This document shows, in pieces, positions 25,179 through 38,745 of a stretch of 64,000 nt of DNA (position 1 is its first letter; each line of letters begins with the position of its first letter). A model generated the notes under the pieces. The model was not told the origin of the DNA and did no database searches. It saw nothing but the letters and a program-made list of their open reading frames with translations. Source of the stretch: Octopus vulgaris (lineage: Eukaryota); assembly GCA_951406725.2 (NCBI GenBank), contig OX597836.1:22382001-22446000 (forward strand), in the 5' to 3' direction. A program made the translations under genes and the position numbers.

Positions 25179-25844
25179 CAAACAGAACAGTCTTAGGTGT
25201 TATGCAGAACTGTCAGTCAATTTTGAGAAAAGATGTTCTCACTTTTTTTTTTTTTCAATTTATTCAGTCATCAATAACCATGAATGATTTTCATAAAAAT
25301 AACTAAAATATTTTATGCAGTGCAAGCATCCAAGTATCAAATTTACTATCGGCTCCTCTCTTGTATGCTGTTTTGTTTGAATTGTTGTACATACGTAAAT
25401 GCAAATGTTCCAGATAATAAAAATGTATGGAAACTTATATAAATGTTTGTATGGTCATTCTCAACTTCACACACAGCCTAGTGAAGTTGAGAATGACCAT
25501 AATTTATTGCTCAACTTTGCACTTCAATCTTCCAACAACTTCACACACAGTCTAGTGAAGTTGAGAATGACCACACAAATATTTATATAAGTTTCCATAC
25601 ATTTTTATTACCTGGAACGTTTGCATTTACATATATACATCAATAATTCAAATAAAACGTCATACAAGAGAGGAGATGAGAATAAATGCGATAGTTGCAA
25701 GTTCTCATTACATGAAATATTTTAGTTATTTATATGAAAATCATTCATGATTATTAATGACAGAATAAATTGAAAAAAATTAGAGCATCTTATCACGAAA
25801 CTGACCAACAGAGTTCTGAGTAGAACCTCAAGCTCTTCTGTTTG
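25179..25844. repeat. Long palindrome / foldback element with ~290-bp arms
   Basis: 25179-25470 is the reverse complement of 25555-25844. The central hairpin unit is duplicated. Confidence 0.92.
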
Positions 25845-27024
25845 AGAGTTCATCACAATGACATTTTATAACTTTTAGCAAAGCTTCTAGAATTTTCAGC
25901 AAAACTATTCATTAGGAAAATTCACAAAACTTGTTTCTAAGTCAACTACTAATTTGGTTACCCACCAGCCAATGTGATTGGTCAAACCAAATTCACATAA
26001 ACACTTTATGGTGATGCAGTTAATTTCATGTAGCTGACCTTTGCTTTCAGAGCAATATAGTTACAGTATGGACCTAAACTAGGGACACTGAATGAGAGGG
26101 GCCAAGCCTGGTAGAGGGAAGGGAGAAAAATTATATCTTCAAGCTGGAAAGTTGATACAAATACTTGCAACAGAATGAATTCTGCAAAAGAAACCAAAGG
26201 CCAAACAGTGATGGCAGTGGTGTAAAATGGGGTGACAAACCAAATCCACTAACCCCCTAACAAGAGCATAGTTAAGACCATCCAGTAATCTTCTGCAGCA
26301 GTTTCTATCTACCTGATTTCACTCACAAGGCTTCAGTCAACTCAAGTATTTTGCAAAAGATGATCATTTTTCCCCAAGATGCTATGAAGTGGAATTGAAA
26401 CCAGAAACCAAGATACCAAGCAATTCGAAAAACTAACTCCTGAACTACTTGGCCATGTCAGTTAGAATTTCAGGAAAGAGCTGGGGTGGAGGGAGAAAGA
26501 AAATTAAAAGTGAGATGTGAGAAGTCTGCTAGATTTAGTGTATTTTTACAGTTGGAGTTCTTCTGTATTGGCATCAAGAGAAAGCCAATAATTTTCAGAA
26601 GCAACAGCCAACTGCTGCTTGTAACAAGATTAAAAGAAAGAGGTTACAGGAAAGGTATAGTTCCAACAATGGAACCTTATAAGACGGTTGGTTGGCCAAC
26701 AAGATGGTTGGCTGGTTAGTCGGCTGGCTGGCTGGCAAGATGAACAATAAGAGGGATGATTGATGGTGAGATGAATAACAAGACAAATGATCGAAGAGTT
26801 GTGGGATGGATGTAATTTTTGATAACAAGCATTCTTCAGTCTAAATTGATGGAAAACAATATGCCAATTTTTTTGTTCCCTTCCCTTCTTCTTTTTTGTT
26901 TGTTTGTTTGCTGAAGAACTGTATTTTAGTTATGTAGAATCTTCCTTCTAACTATATATATATAAATGCATCTATATCTATCTATCTATCTATCAATCTC
27001 TCTTTCTCTATATATATATATATG

Positions 27025-27062
<38 letters not shown>

Positions 27063-27191
27063 GATAGATAGATATAGATTGATATGTATATATATATATA
27101 TGTGTACACATATGTGTATGTGTGTGTATAGTGCGTACATTATGTATGTATATACGTATGTGTATATAAACACATATATGTAGTTATATAA

Positions 27192-27275
27192 GTGTGTGTG
27201 CCTATATGTGTGTGTGCCTATATGTGTGTGTGCCTATATGTGTGTGTGCCTATATGTGTGTGTGCCTATATGTGT
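27192..27275. repeat. 16-bp minisatellite (GTGTGTGTGCCTATAT) x5
   Basis: CCTATAT recurs at 27201, 27217, 27233, 27249 and 27265. Confidence 0.95.
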
Positions 27276-27888
27276 GTGTGTGTGCTCATACACACACACA
27301 CACACACACACACATATAGATAGATAGATACATACATACATATACATGTACATGTTCACATACATGAAACCTGTTACTATGCTAAAATCAAATGAAGTTC
27401 ACTTCACGAACTGAGCTGCATTCAAGAAATCTAAGCAAAGCTATCAAGTTGCTATGTATCGTTCAAAGTATTGGTCGGTAGTAGTGAATTTTTGAAAGAG
27501 CACGATATTTAGCAGCAAAGAGGGGCGGGAGCAGTACTGGTAGCAGCAGTGGTGGTAGCAGTGGAAGGAGTTGTAGTTTAACAGAAGGGGAGGTAAAAAA
27601 AAAACAAAAAAAAAATCAATAGTCTGTTATAAAATTCCCTGAAAGTTAATACCATATGAGAAGTCAATGTTATTTTCGAGACTAAATAGCCATGTTGCTG
27701 CTGCTGCTCATTCGGTAATAGCAGCAGCAGCAATAATAATGATAATAATAGCAACAACAATAATAACAATAATTTTAGAATACATATGACTTCTAAGAAA
27801 CACCATTTTCTTCAGATCATTCACAGAAGATCTGCCTAGAAGCACTTCAATCTTCTAACACTTAGCCGAAAATGCCATTTGACAATGA

Positions 27889-27920
<32 letters not shown>

Positions 27921-27966
27921 ATTCTTTTTCTTCTTGCAACTTTTGAATTATAGAATCTATAACATC

Positions 27967-28002
<36 letters not shown>

Positions 28003-28700
28003 CATACATATATATAGACACATATAAAAATATATTTGAAAGGCTGTGACCTTCATTTCCTTCCCGAGAACATATTTTTAGCACACATGAAGCATATTTA
28101 CAAAATGGCATTTACTTTAATTAAGAAAAGCAGCAAAGGTGTCGCGGTCTAGTTAAGAAGTTTCTTTTGCAGCCACAAGATTTCAGGTTCTGTCTCATTG
28201 TGTGGCACTTTAGACAAGTGCATTCTACTACAGCCCCTAGGTCAACAAGTGCCATGTAAACAAAACTAGGTAGACAGAAAATGTTTACAAGTGCACCATA
28301 TACATATATATAGCAGGAGTGGCTGCTTGGTAAGTAGCTTGCTTACTGACCATATGGTTTCGGGTTCACAGCCTTGTGAGTGGATTTGGTGGATGGAAAC
28401 TGAAAAGAAGCCTGTCATATATATGTTTATGTAAATACATGTGTGTGTGTGTGTTTGTGTGTCTGTTTGTCCCCCTCCAACATCGCTTGACAACCAATGC
28501 TGGTGTGTTTACGTCCCTGTAACTCAGCAGTTCGGCCAAAGAGACCGATAGAATAAGTACTAGGCTTACTGACTCTGAAAGGATGGAGGGTAAAGTCAAC
28601 CTTGGTGAATTTGAACTCAGACGAAGTTCCACTAAGCGTTTTGCCTGGCATACTTACAATTCTGCCAGCTAGCCACCTTTTAATAATAATAATAATAATA

Positions 28701-29817
28701 ATTACAAAATAACTACCATCGGATTACAGAAATACCTATTTCAGAAGCAAGGAAAGCTAATACAAATAGCCACAAAACACGAACAAAACAATAAACTGTT
28801 TTCTGTCTTTAGGGAAGCTGACAAATACAAAAAAGAAATCATAGTACCTAACAACTATGAAGAAAAAGAAGAAACAACAAAAGTTGTAAAACAACTGAAA
28901 TCCAAACTAAAACTGGAACAGCAACGTATCATGATAAAACAAAGGCAAGAAAAGTTCCTGCATGGCAAATATTGGGTTAAGCTAAACAGAAAAGAAATAG
29001 ACAAAGCAAAATTCCAATAATGGCTGAGAAGCTCAGGACTCAAAGCAGAGACTAAAGGATTTTAAATTCCAGCACAAGCTCAAAGCCTTCCCACCAGAAA
29101 TCACCAAAAACATGTAATGGAGAGAAATACAAGTAACTGCAGAATATGTGGAGATGGAGAAGAAACAAGAAATCATATTGTCTCTGGCTGCCCAGTTTTG
29201 GCTGAGAGGGAATATATTCATAGACACCACAGAGTTGGGACCTACATACACTGGAAGCTATGCCAACACTATGGAATAATAACAGAAAAAAGATGGTATA
29301 GGCATATCCCAGAAAAGGTCACAGAAAATGAGAAAGCAACCATACTCTGGGATATGCCAATACACAGAGATAGAGAAATTAAAGCCAATGGACCAGATAT
29401 AGTTGTCAGAGATCACCAAGAAAGAAAATGCTTTTTAATCAATGTATATATACCAACAGATGACATTATTTCTCTAAAAGAAACAGAGGAACTTTCAAAA
29501 TACAAAAATACAAAGATCTAGAAATAGAGGTAACTCGAAAGTAGAACCTAAAAGCAGAAACAATTTTTATCATAGTAGTACCTACTATGGTATAATTAAA
29601 AAACATTCAGACAAATACTTAACAAATACACCAGGACTTACAACTATATATAACATACAGAAAATCTCATTACTAGGCACTGCACACATCCTACATAAAA
29701 CACTTTTAATACAGTGAAAATAAGAACATCACAACAAACCACAGCACATACCCAAGGCACACAGAGCTGTGCTTGGTAGTGCAGTAAAAGTACATGATAA
29801 AAATAAGACTACTGTAT
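28701..29817 (+). pseudogene. 5'-truncated R4/Dong-clade retrotransposon with zinc knuckle and restriction-like endonuclease
   Basis: WLRSSGLKAETKGF*IPAQAQSLPTRN..CRICGDGEETRNHIVSGC (CCHC)..YIHRHHRV..TILWD..PDIVV..KE..KY. Contains stops and frameshifts and is flanked by (TAA)n. Confidence 0.92.
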
Positions 29818-29883
29818 GATAACAATAATAATAATAGAATGTTAAACGTTTTGGTGTATGACTTCTGATCCACCCTGCATATA

Positions 29884-30266
29884 TCTCTCTCTATATAAAC
29901 GGCAGTTTGTCTGTGCGTGTTTCTGTGTGTCTGTTTGCTTGTACCCTCACCCTGACCACGGCTTTCAACCGATTCTGATGAAACTTGACACACACATAGC
30001 CCAATGTCATAATTCAAAACTAACGCAGCGAAAATTTTGAAAAGTTCCCCCAGTTCTGAAAAAAATCGATAAATTCGACATGGGGTCGAGAATTAGAAAC
30101 ACAAACCGCAAACTGTCTAGGAGACGCAACTCCACCTTTTTTAACTAAAAAAAAAATTTACCCTAATTTTTTTCCATTTTTTTGCTGTTTTTTGGCTATA
30201 ACTCTCTAAAAATGCTTTATAGTTATTTCCCTTGCAAACCTGAGCAACGCCGGGCGATACTGCTAG
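29884..30266 (+). mobile_element. Non-autonomous Helitron
   Basis: A|TC 5' end, subterminal imperfect hairpin CCTGAGCAACGCCGGG, CTAG|T 3' end, no TSD. Confidence 0.8.
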
Positions 30267-30279
30267 TATATATATATAC

Positions 30280-31287
30280 ACCAGCAGAAAGACTTCCCTC
30301 CAGGTGGTTTTCTACTGTTCAAACCTGGAGTGTGTGTTTATATTAGAGATACTCTGTGTGTGTGTGTGTTTATATTAAGGGAGACAGTGTGTGTGTATGT
30401 GTGTGTAAGAGAGGGAGAGTGAGGAGAGAGAACATTGCAAACAATGAATGAAATAAAAAATGAAATGAAAAAAATCATATAAATAAAAGTTCATTAAAAA
30501 CTATTTTGGACCAAATATTTAAATTTATGAACTTGAAATATTCAATAATAAAAGGAAGTTCAGAAAGCAAATTTTTCTGAAAACTTCAATTTATTAAAAA
30601 TTTCACTTGCTTAGTAAATATTTTAATAATTTGTCATAGTTGTAATATATCTAATTTAAACAAACTTCAAGGTTTAGCATGCTAGAAATAGCAGCTATCA
30701 CATAGTTATTATGTAAGGCTAATAGCATTCTAAAAAGCCATACCAACAAAATTAGCTCTTAATTTCAAAAAACAAAATGTTTACCGGTATATTAAAAATT
30801 TTTCATTTTATTAAAAATAAGCCTCAAAGTTATACAGCTATTTTGTCTAATAGCATTCATTCATTCAATAAATAATTTTTTTACATTACGTATATAGAAT
30901 ATAAAGTGTGTGTTTTGCAAATCGCGAATTAAATCTTGAAATGAAAACATTGAAATGAATGTAAATTAAATTATCACTAATGTAAATAGAGGAGAGAGAG
31001 AGTGAGAGACTGTTGCAAATGAAAACGGAAAACTCCGCCTGCAAAAAATTAATATTGTTTATTAACTCTACAGTGAATGCAATGAATATTTAAATTTGTG
31101 AAAATCTTGTAGTTCAAATATTCAATAACGTTCAGAAATCCAAACAACAGGAAATTTCTTAGAACATGAATTTATAAAATACTTTCCAGACAGGCTTGCC
31201 TTTAATGATTACTTTCTTTTAATAACTGTTACATACCTAATTAATAAGCAGCTTTCACCATTATAATATAGATAGACATATAGAGAT
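30280..31287 (-). mobile_element. Probable second Helitron-like element, tail-to-tail with the first
   Basis: Minus strand starts A|TCT.TAT..TATAAT and ends with hairpin CTCCAGGT..ACCTGGAG followed by CTGG|T. Has a diverged internal duplication (about 30430-30610 and 31010-31190). Confidence 0.5.
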
Positions 31288-32040
31288 TTTTTTAAAAAGT
31301 TACTAACTATCTAAAGAAATTATTTTTGAGAAAAACAATGCCATGAACCTTTTCAAAAAAGGCTCTGATTCTGTGCATATGTTGTGTTTTCCTATACACA
31401 TATTTATATAATGGGTTTCTTTCAGTTTCTGTCTACCAAATCCACTCACAAAGGTTTGGTGAGCCCAAACCTATAAAAGACACTTGCTCAAGGTGTCAGG
31501 TAATGGGACTGAACCCAGAACCATGCAGTTGGGAGGTAAACTTCTTATCACATAGCCACACCTGCACCTGTGTCAGAGTTTTTTCTTTTTTTACATTTCC
31601 ATAAAAGAAGGCAGTGAGTTGGCAGAAGTAATGTAGCAGACAGAATGTTTTGCAGCATTTTTTCAAACCCTTCACGTTCCACTTTGAATTCCTGCTGAAG
31701 TCAACTTTGCTTTCATCCCCCTGGGATCGATAAAATAAAGTACCAGTGATGTATTGGGGATCAATGCAGTTGACGTACCCCCTTCCACATACTTGCTGAC
31801 TATGCACCAAAATATGAAATTATTATAAAGCAGTGAGCTGGCAGAATCGTTAGCATGCCAGGCAAAATGATTAGCGGCATTTCATCTGTCTGAGTGTAAA
31901 TTTTGCCATGGTCAACTTTGGCTTTCATCCTTTCAGGGTCAATAAAATAAGTAGCAGTTGAACACTGGGGTCAATGCAATTGACTTACCACTCCCCCAAA
32001 ATTGCTGGCCTAGTGCCAAGATTTGAAACCATTATTATTT

Positions 32041-32198
32041 TTTTTTTTCTTCTTCTTTCAAATTTGCTTCCATTTCTTGCCGAGTGTCTTCCCGACTCCT
32101 AGGGCAAAGAAACTCATAGTATACATTGGTAGGCCATTAAACTAAACTCAATAGTTCGTTCATTTTTTTTTTTTTAAGTTAAATTAAAATACATGGGT
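32041..32198 (-). mobile_element. Short retrotransposon 3' UTR remnant inserted in (TAA)n
   Basis: Minus strand CCCTAGGAGTCGGGAAGACACTCGG..A-rich tail, flanked by AAT repeats on both sides. It resembles Dong-type 3' ends. Confidence 0.45.
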
Positions 32199-32203
32199 AG
32201 TAA

Positions 32204-32240
<37 letters not shown>

Positions 32241-32908
32241 TCTCCAAAGTAGAGATTTTAGTGAAGTCAAATGATAGAAATAATTAAATTTGGAATGAAC
32301 AGATAATTAAATGAGAACAAAAATTTTGTGTGTGTATCTCTCTCTCTCCTTATATATATATATATATTATACACACACACACAATATAGAAATCTTAATT
32401 TTATCTGAATTTTAATTTTCACCTTTTGCTTTTTAATCAGACTTAATTATCCTTACTCCTGAAGAGAAGGGAGGAAAAAACAAAAACAAAAAAAACAACT
32501 CTATTACACTGCCACAAGAAATAATCAAAAATGAAGAAGAAAAGATGACATTGTGAATGAATGATAGAGCAATATATTAATGATAGGAAGGAAATAAACT
32601 TCATTCTGAATCATAAACGAAATGGGCAGAAATGTTTGTCACCATTATAGACCATAATTAACCTTTGACTAACACCTGGTAACCATCATCATTATTATTG
32701 TCATCATTTACTGTTTGTTTTAGATGCTGGCATGGCTTGGATCTGATGAGCAAGATGACTGCAACAAGCTCCAATGTGAGTTTTGGTACAGTTTTTTTAG
32801 GTTGGATGTTCTTATTAATTTATCTGAGATTATTTGGTTAGTAGTAAAGTAGGAAATCAGATCTTAAGTATAGTAGTCTGGATTTAATAAAAAGTGCTTA
32901 CAGAACAT

Positions 32909-33125
32909 CATTTAAACTGGCCGTATCCGGCCAAAAGTATTCTGCCTGTTTTATGTTCATACTGGCCAGATCTGGTCTTTCACACCAACCCTACTATATC
33001 GTTTTAAAAATTAACAGCCACCTCATCAAAATCTCATGGCTACAAGATGATGAATGATTAGTTCAAAGCAATGTGGATGAAGAAGCACTAATTTTGTCAG
33101 AATAATGCGAACACTAAAGGGTTAA
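32909..33125. mobile_element. MITE D lacking its left TIR, nested in an RTE-type tail
   Basis: Right end CACTAAAGGGTTAA is intact. The host repeat resumes with TGCCAACCAC. Confidence 0.8.
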
Positions 33126-34105
33126 TGCCAACCACTACAGTGTGTACTGATTGCTTTCTTCATGGTGCCAGCACAAGTAAGGTTTCCAAGTAACTCACAA
33201 GACAGAGAAAAAGACTCCTAAAGAGAGTAGAGATGTAGTTGAGAAGAAGGAGGTGATTTTATGTCAGGTGTTGAGAGGTTAAAATATGATAAAAGGGAGA
33301 AGAACAGGTGTCTTGTTATAATGGAGACTGTTCAGCTGGATGAAAAGACAGAAAAGAGATGGTAGTGATGAGGTGTCAGTGTTGATGTGTTTGAGTTCCC
33401 ATAATTTAATAGTTCGGGAAAAGAAACTGATAGAATAAGTACCAGATTTAAAATAGAATACTGAGGCCGATTCATTCCACTAAAATTCTTCTACACACTG
33501 TCTCAGCATGTACGCAGTCTAATGACTGAAACAAGTAAACAATAGATAGATAGATAGCTGGAGGAGGAGAGGGAGAGGGAGGGAGAGAGAGGGGGAAAAG
33601 GAAAGGGAATAATGAAATCGATTAAGAGTGAAAGTTAGAACAGCTGATCCAAGGAGGGAGCAGACACTAGGGACTATATATATATCAAATTAAATATCAC
33701 GAAAAGAGGGAGAGAGAGAGAGAGATTGATGTCTCACCTCAAGTAATTGTCAGTCCTTAAGGGATTTACCTGTCAACAATATGGGCCAATAGGCTGGGTG
33801 GGGAGGTTAATGATCTGATTAATAATGGCATAATGGAAACATTAGAATGTCAGGCACATTAGAGCGGCTTGTGGTGTTTAGTTACATTTCAGCTCTTTAC
33901 ATTCTGAGATCAAATCTCACCAAGGTACAACTTTCACCTTTCATCCTTCTAAGAATTGGTAAAACAAAAAAAATACTTGTCAGTCAGAGGACCTAATATT
34001 ATTAATAATTCATAAGTAATACCTTCCTTGCTAATTACTGAAAACGAAACCCTTGGTTTGAGAGTAACCCCCTCTTTTTCCTTACTTCCTCCAGCCTTGG
34101 AAACT

Positions 34106-34324
34106 TTAACCCTTTAACATTTAAATCGGTTATATTCGGCTAAAATATTCTACCTACTTTATGTTCAGACTGGCCGGATCTGGCCCCCTCACACTTACCC
34201 TACAATGTCATTCTAAAAATAAACTATTACATCATTGAAATCTCAAAAGCTACAAGATTAACTCAGAACAATGTAAATAAATAAGGATTACATTTAATGG
34301 AATAATCTGAATGCTAAAGAGTTG
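34106..34324. mobile_element. piggyBac-type MITE D
   Basis: TTAACCCTTTA left end and family internal sequence. Confidence 0.85.
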
Positions 34325-34379
34325 TGGGTGCTGAAATTCCTTCTCAAACCAAAAAAACAAAAGAGGCTGTTGTTGTTGC

Positions 34380-34607
34380 TTAACCCTTTAGTGTTTAAAC
34401 CGGCCATATCAGGCCAAAATTGTCTTCCTGTTTTATGCTCAAACCAGCCAGCACTGACCTCTCACACCTATCCTACAAAGCCATTCTAAAAGTAAACAGG
34501 GACATCATCAAAATCTCAGAGTTACAAGATGTTGTACAATTAATTTAAAACAATGTGATTAAACAGGCTTTACATTTGACAGAGTAATCTGAATGCTAAA
34601 GAGTTAA
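34380..34607. mobile_element. piggyBac-type MITE D
   Basis: TTAA at both ends. Nearly identical to 22462-22689. Confidence 0.9.
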
Positions 34608-34954
34608 TCCTGGTCAGGTAGATCTGTTTATAACCAAAGACGATTCAACCTTGCCCATCCAGTCTTTTTGAACAATTTCTCTCAAATTATTAAATGTATC
34701 AAATAATATGCCGAAGCATATCCACTACTTTGTTTTAAAGACAACTGAACTGTGCTTCTCAACAGTTTTGTAATACAGTGGCCCTTTTCACTATATGAGG
34801 TTTACAAATAACCATATTCTATGTTTTGTGAAAAAGAAGGAAGGAAACAAATGTATCAGCAGTTATTTTAATCCAACAGAAACTAATCCTGTGCAGTGGC
34901 TTATTATCCGAATTATATCATGCTGGTACCATACAAAAGGCATTCCTGCTGGTG

Positions 34955-35171
34955 TGGAGGCACATGGCCTAGTGGTTAGAGCAGCGGATTCATGGGCGAG
35001 GGATTGCGGGTTCGAATCTCAGACCAGGCGATGTGTGTGTTTATGAGCGAAACACCTAAGCTCCACGCGGCTGAGACGGACCGGCATCCCGTCCAGGTGG
35101 GGAACCTATACGCCAAGAAACCGAGAAACCGGCCCTTATGAGCCAGGCGTGGCTCATGAAGGAACAAACAA
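34955..35171 (+). mobile_element. SINE family E, internally deleted
   Basis: TSD CATTC(C/A)TGCTGGTG at 34941-34954 and 35172-35185, with A and B boxes present. Confidence 0.88.
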
Positions 35172-36414
35172 CATTCATGCTGGTGCCAAGTAAAGTGCAT
35201 TCATACTAGCAACAAGTAAAGAACAAGCATGCCAGCAACCACATAAAAAACACCCAGTATACTCTGTAAAGTGGTTGGTGTTAGGAAGGGCATCCAGCCA
35301 TAGAGACCAAACCAAAACAGACAATCAGAGCCTGGATAGCTCTCTGGCTGGTCAGCTTCTGTCAAACCCTCCAACCAAAGCCAGCATGGAAAACAGATAT
35401 TAAACAGTGATGATGATATAATTGTCTCTAGATTGAGCTGCTTTTTAGATATTTGCTAGAACTTGTGTTCCTAAAAATTACTAAAAGAGATGGAAATTTA
35501 TATAATAAAACCATATTTAATCTTGGTGCATCATCAATCAAGCTTCTACTCACTGAACACACAATGTCCAATGCATATTTTAATTCCAACAAAGATTTTT
35601 TTTCGAAAATGTTTAAATTATTGAACCTGGTCTAAATAATTTATTTCAAAGAAATGTAATGACCCTGCTTCCTATAAACATGCAGCATCTCCTAGTAATC
35701 CCTTAATATTTATCATCTTCTTGCGAACTTACAACTCCCCAAAGAACCATTGTGGTATAGTGATAAGAAAGAAAGATTTGGCTGTTATTTCTAGCAAATG
35801 GAATAATGACCTTGTGCAGGCTCTCCATGTACTCAATGTCTGATAATCTCAACAAGATTCAAGCTAAACCAATATTTAATCTGTTCGTGACTAGATTTCT
35901 AATGAGATACACTATCCTACATTTCAATTAATTTGGAAACTAATAATGATAATAATGAGAAAAAAAAAATTAAAAAGCATTACTAAAACTAATTATTTTT
36001 TCCATTACGAAATTGGTGTTGGGTTCTTCTATAAATTTATGATGGAATGTTTTAAAATGGGAAGTTTGGAACCAGAAGCTGTCTCTGGTGGATTTGGTAT
36101 CAAAGGAAAAAGAGGAGATTTAACAGCAAACTGAATAAACTGAGCAAATTCTCTTTACACAACCCTTTTCTCAGTTCTCTCAGAAGTCAAAAGTGGAAAT
36201 TTGTCTGAGATTATTTGGTTAGTAGTAAAGTAGGAAATCAGATCTTAAGTATAGTAGTCTGGATTTAATAAAAAAGTGCTTACAGAACATCATTCAACCA
36301 ATGTGAAACCAAGGATAGAAATTCAACTCTTTTGATACCAACTTGTTTGAGACTGTTGCTCCTACACGCTTCATATTTTAAAGTAAATCAAAACATTCCA
36401 ACAGAATTGCATGT

Positions 36415-36850
36415 TACTCTTTTACTCTTTTACTTGCTTCAGTCATTTGACTGTGGCCATGCTGGAGCACCGCCTTTTAGTCGAGCAAATCGACCCCAGG
36501 ACTTATTCTTTGGAAGCCTAGTACTTATTCTATCGGTCTCTTTTGCCGACCCGCTATATTACGGAGACATCAATACCAGCTGTCAAATGGTGATGGGTGA
36601 CAAACACAGACAGAAAGACATACACAACACACCCACCCACACACACACACACATAAACATACACATATACACACATACACATACATACGATAGGCTTCTT
36701 TCAGTTCTTGTCTACCAAATCCACTCACAAGGCTTTGGTTGGCCTGGGGCTATAGTAGCAGATACTTGCCCAAGGTGCCATGCAGTGGGACTGAACCCAG
36801 AACCATATAGATGGGAAGCAAGCTTCTTACCAAACAGCCATACCCGCACC
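36415..36850 (-). mobile_element. SINE family B
   Basis: Complete copy that accounts for the 208-aa ORF call at 36332-36958. Confidence 0.88.
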
Positions 36851-37408
36851 TATATTTTTATTTATGTTTTTTTTTTTTTACTTTCCTATTCATCTTCTCT
36901 ACTTTGGTTAGATGGCTTTGTTCAAACCAGTGATACTTTCTTGGTTTCCATTGTTTAATAAGTGACTTTATTGCCTGTTCGCTTGTCCCCACCACCACCA
37001 ACACATATTTTACTTGTAAAACAGTATGTCAAAAAAGACTAAGTAGAAAGGAGACTAATGGATGTTATAAAGAGGCTGTTACATGCAGAGGAAAACTGCC
37101 AAGTTTAGAGACAGCCCTTGGCACATAAACCAGGAGAGGAAGAAACAGCAACAAATTCCACCCTGACCATTGAACTGAAATTCTAAATTTTCACTGAATT
37201 AAAAGTGACAGCAGACTTTTTAACAGTTGTTTCTGCAGAGTTTTGGGGTCAGTTATTAAATGTGGGGGTCCTAAATAGGAATTTCTTATTTTTTTTTTTT
37301 GTGGCTACATTGATGGTTTCTCTAGGTAATTCATCTCTGACATGATTAGTATTATAGTCTACAGGTCTACATTACTAACAGACATCAATATTATAAAAGA
37401 AATCATCG

Positions 37409-37457
<49 letters not shown>

Positions 37458-38133
37458 ATTCTGTGGTCAAATTCCACTGAAGTCGACTTGACCATTCAGG
37501 GTCAATAAAATAAGTACCAGCTGAGTACTGGGGTCAATGTAAGAGACTTACTCCTCCCCACAAACTTGCTGGCCTTGTGCCAAAATTTGAAATCATTATT
37601 ATTGTTATTATTATCATTATTATTATTAAGGCAGTGAGATGGCAGAATTGTTAGCACACCAGGCGAAATGCTTAGCAGCGTTTCAGCCATCTTTACATTC
37701 CGAGTTCAAATTCCGCCAAGGGCAACTTAGCCTTTCATCCTTTCGATGTTGATAAATTAAGTACCAGTCAAGTACTGGGGTCGATGTGATCAGCCATCCT
37801 CCTCCCCTCAAATTCCAGGCCTTGTGCCTATAGTAGAAAGGATTTCTATTATGATAAAAGAAATAATAGAAATCATTATACATCAGTTATTGGGATTCTG
37901 TTATTGATAATCTGACAAAGAGCTTTGGATTGACAAAATCCTTGGGGCATTTCTTCAAGGAATTAATATTCTTGGTTCAGATCCCACAGAGTTAACTGGG
38001 AATTTCATCCTTTTAAAGTCAATAAAATCAGGGCTATGGAGTCATAGTTAGTAAAACTATATTGACTCCAACATCTTTATTCTTTAATATGAACCAGTTA
38101 TAACATTTAGGCCTACTCAAAGTACAAGCGTAT

Positions 38134-38523
38134 ACTCTTTTACTTGTTTCAGTCATTTGACAGTGGACATGCTGGAGCACCGCCTTTAGTCGAACAAATC
38201 GACCCCGGGACTTATTCTTTGTAAGCCCAGTACTTATTCTATCGCTCTGTTTTGCCGAACCGCTAAGTGACAGAGACGTAAACACACCAGCATCGGTTGT
38301 CAAGCAATGCTAGGGGGACAAACACATAAACATACACACGCATATATATAAACATATATACGACGGGCTTCTTTCAGTTTCCGTCTACCAAATCCACTCA
38401 CAAGGCTTTGGTCGGCCCGAGGCTATAGTAAAAGACACTTGCCCAAGATGCCACGCAGTGGGACTGAACCCAGAACTATGCGGTTGGTAAGCAAACTACT
38501 TACCAACAGCCACTTCTGCGCCT
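38134..38523 (-). mobile_element. SINE family B (CpG-rich, probably young)
   Basis: Complete copy retaining many CpGs. Confidence 0.9.
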
Positions 38524-38745
38524 ATGCATATGCTTTATGAGATATGTAGACCACAATCACTTAATTACATAAAGAGGAGTTCGAGTTAGAGGTGCCAACA
38601 GTATCAGAATCAGAGTTGAAGATTTTGTTTTGATTCCACAGCTCTGAATAAAATTGCACACTAGTCAGATACAGGCATCAGTGGTATTGACAAGCCCCTT
38701 TCACTTATAACTGCCAGCCATTGTCCCTTACAGACAATTTTCACT

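Noticed and set aside
34955-35030. Possible tRNA gene (also 8095-8170)
   Set aside because: A and B boxes are present, but they run straight into a SINE body flanked by TSDs.
36332-36958. 208-aa ORF, the longest in the track
   Set aside because: It is an antisense reading of a SINE B copy.
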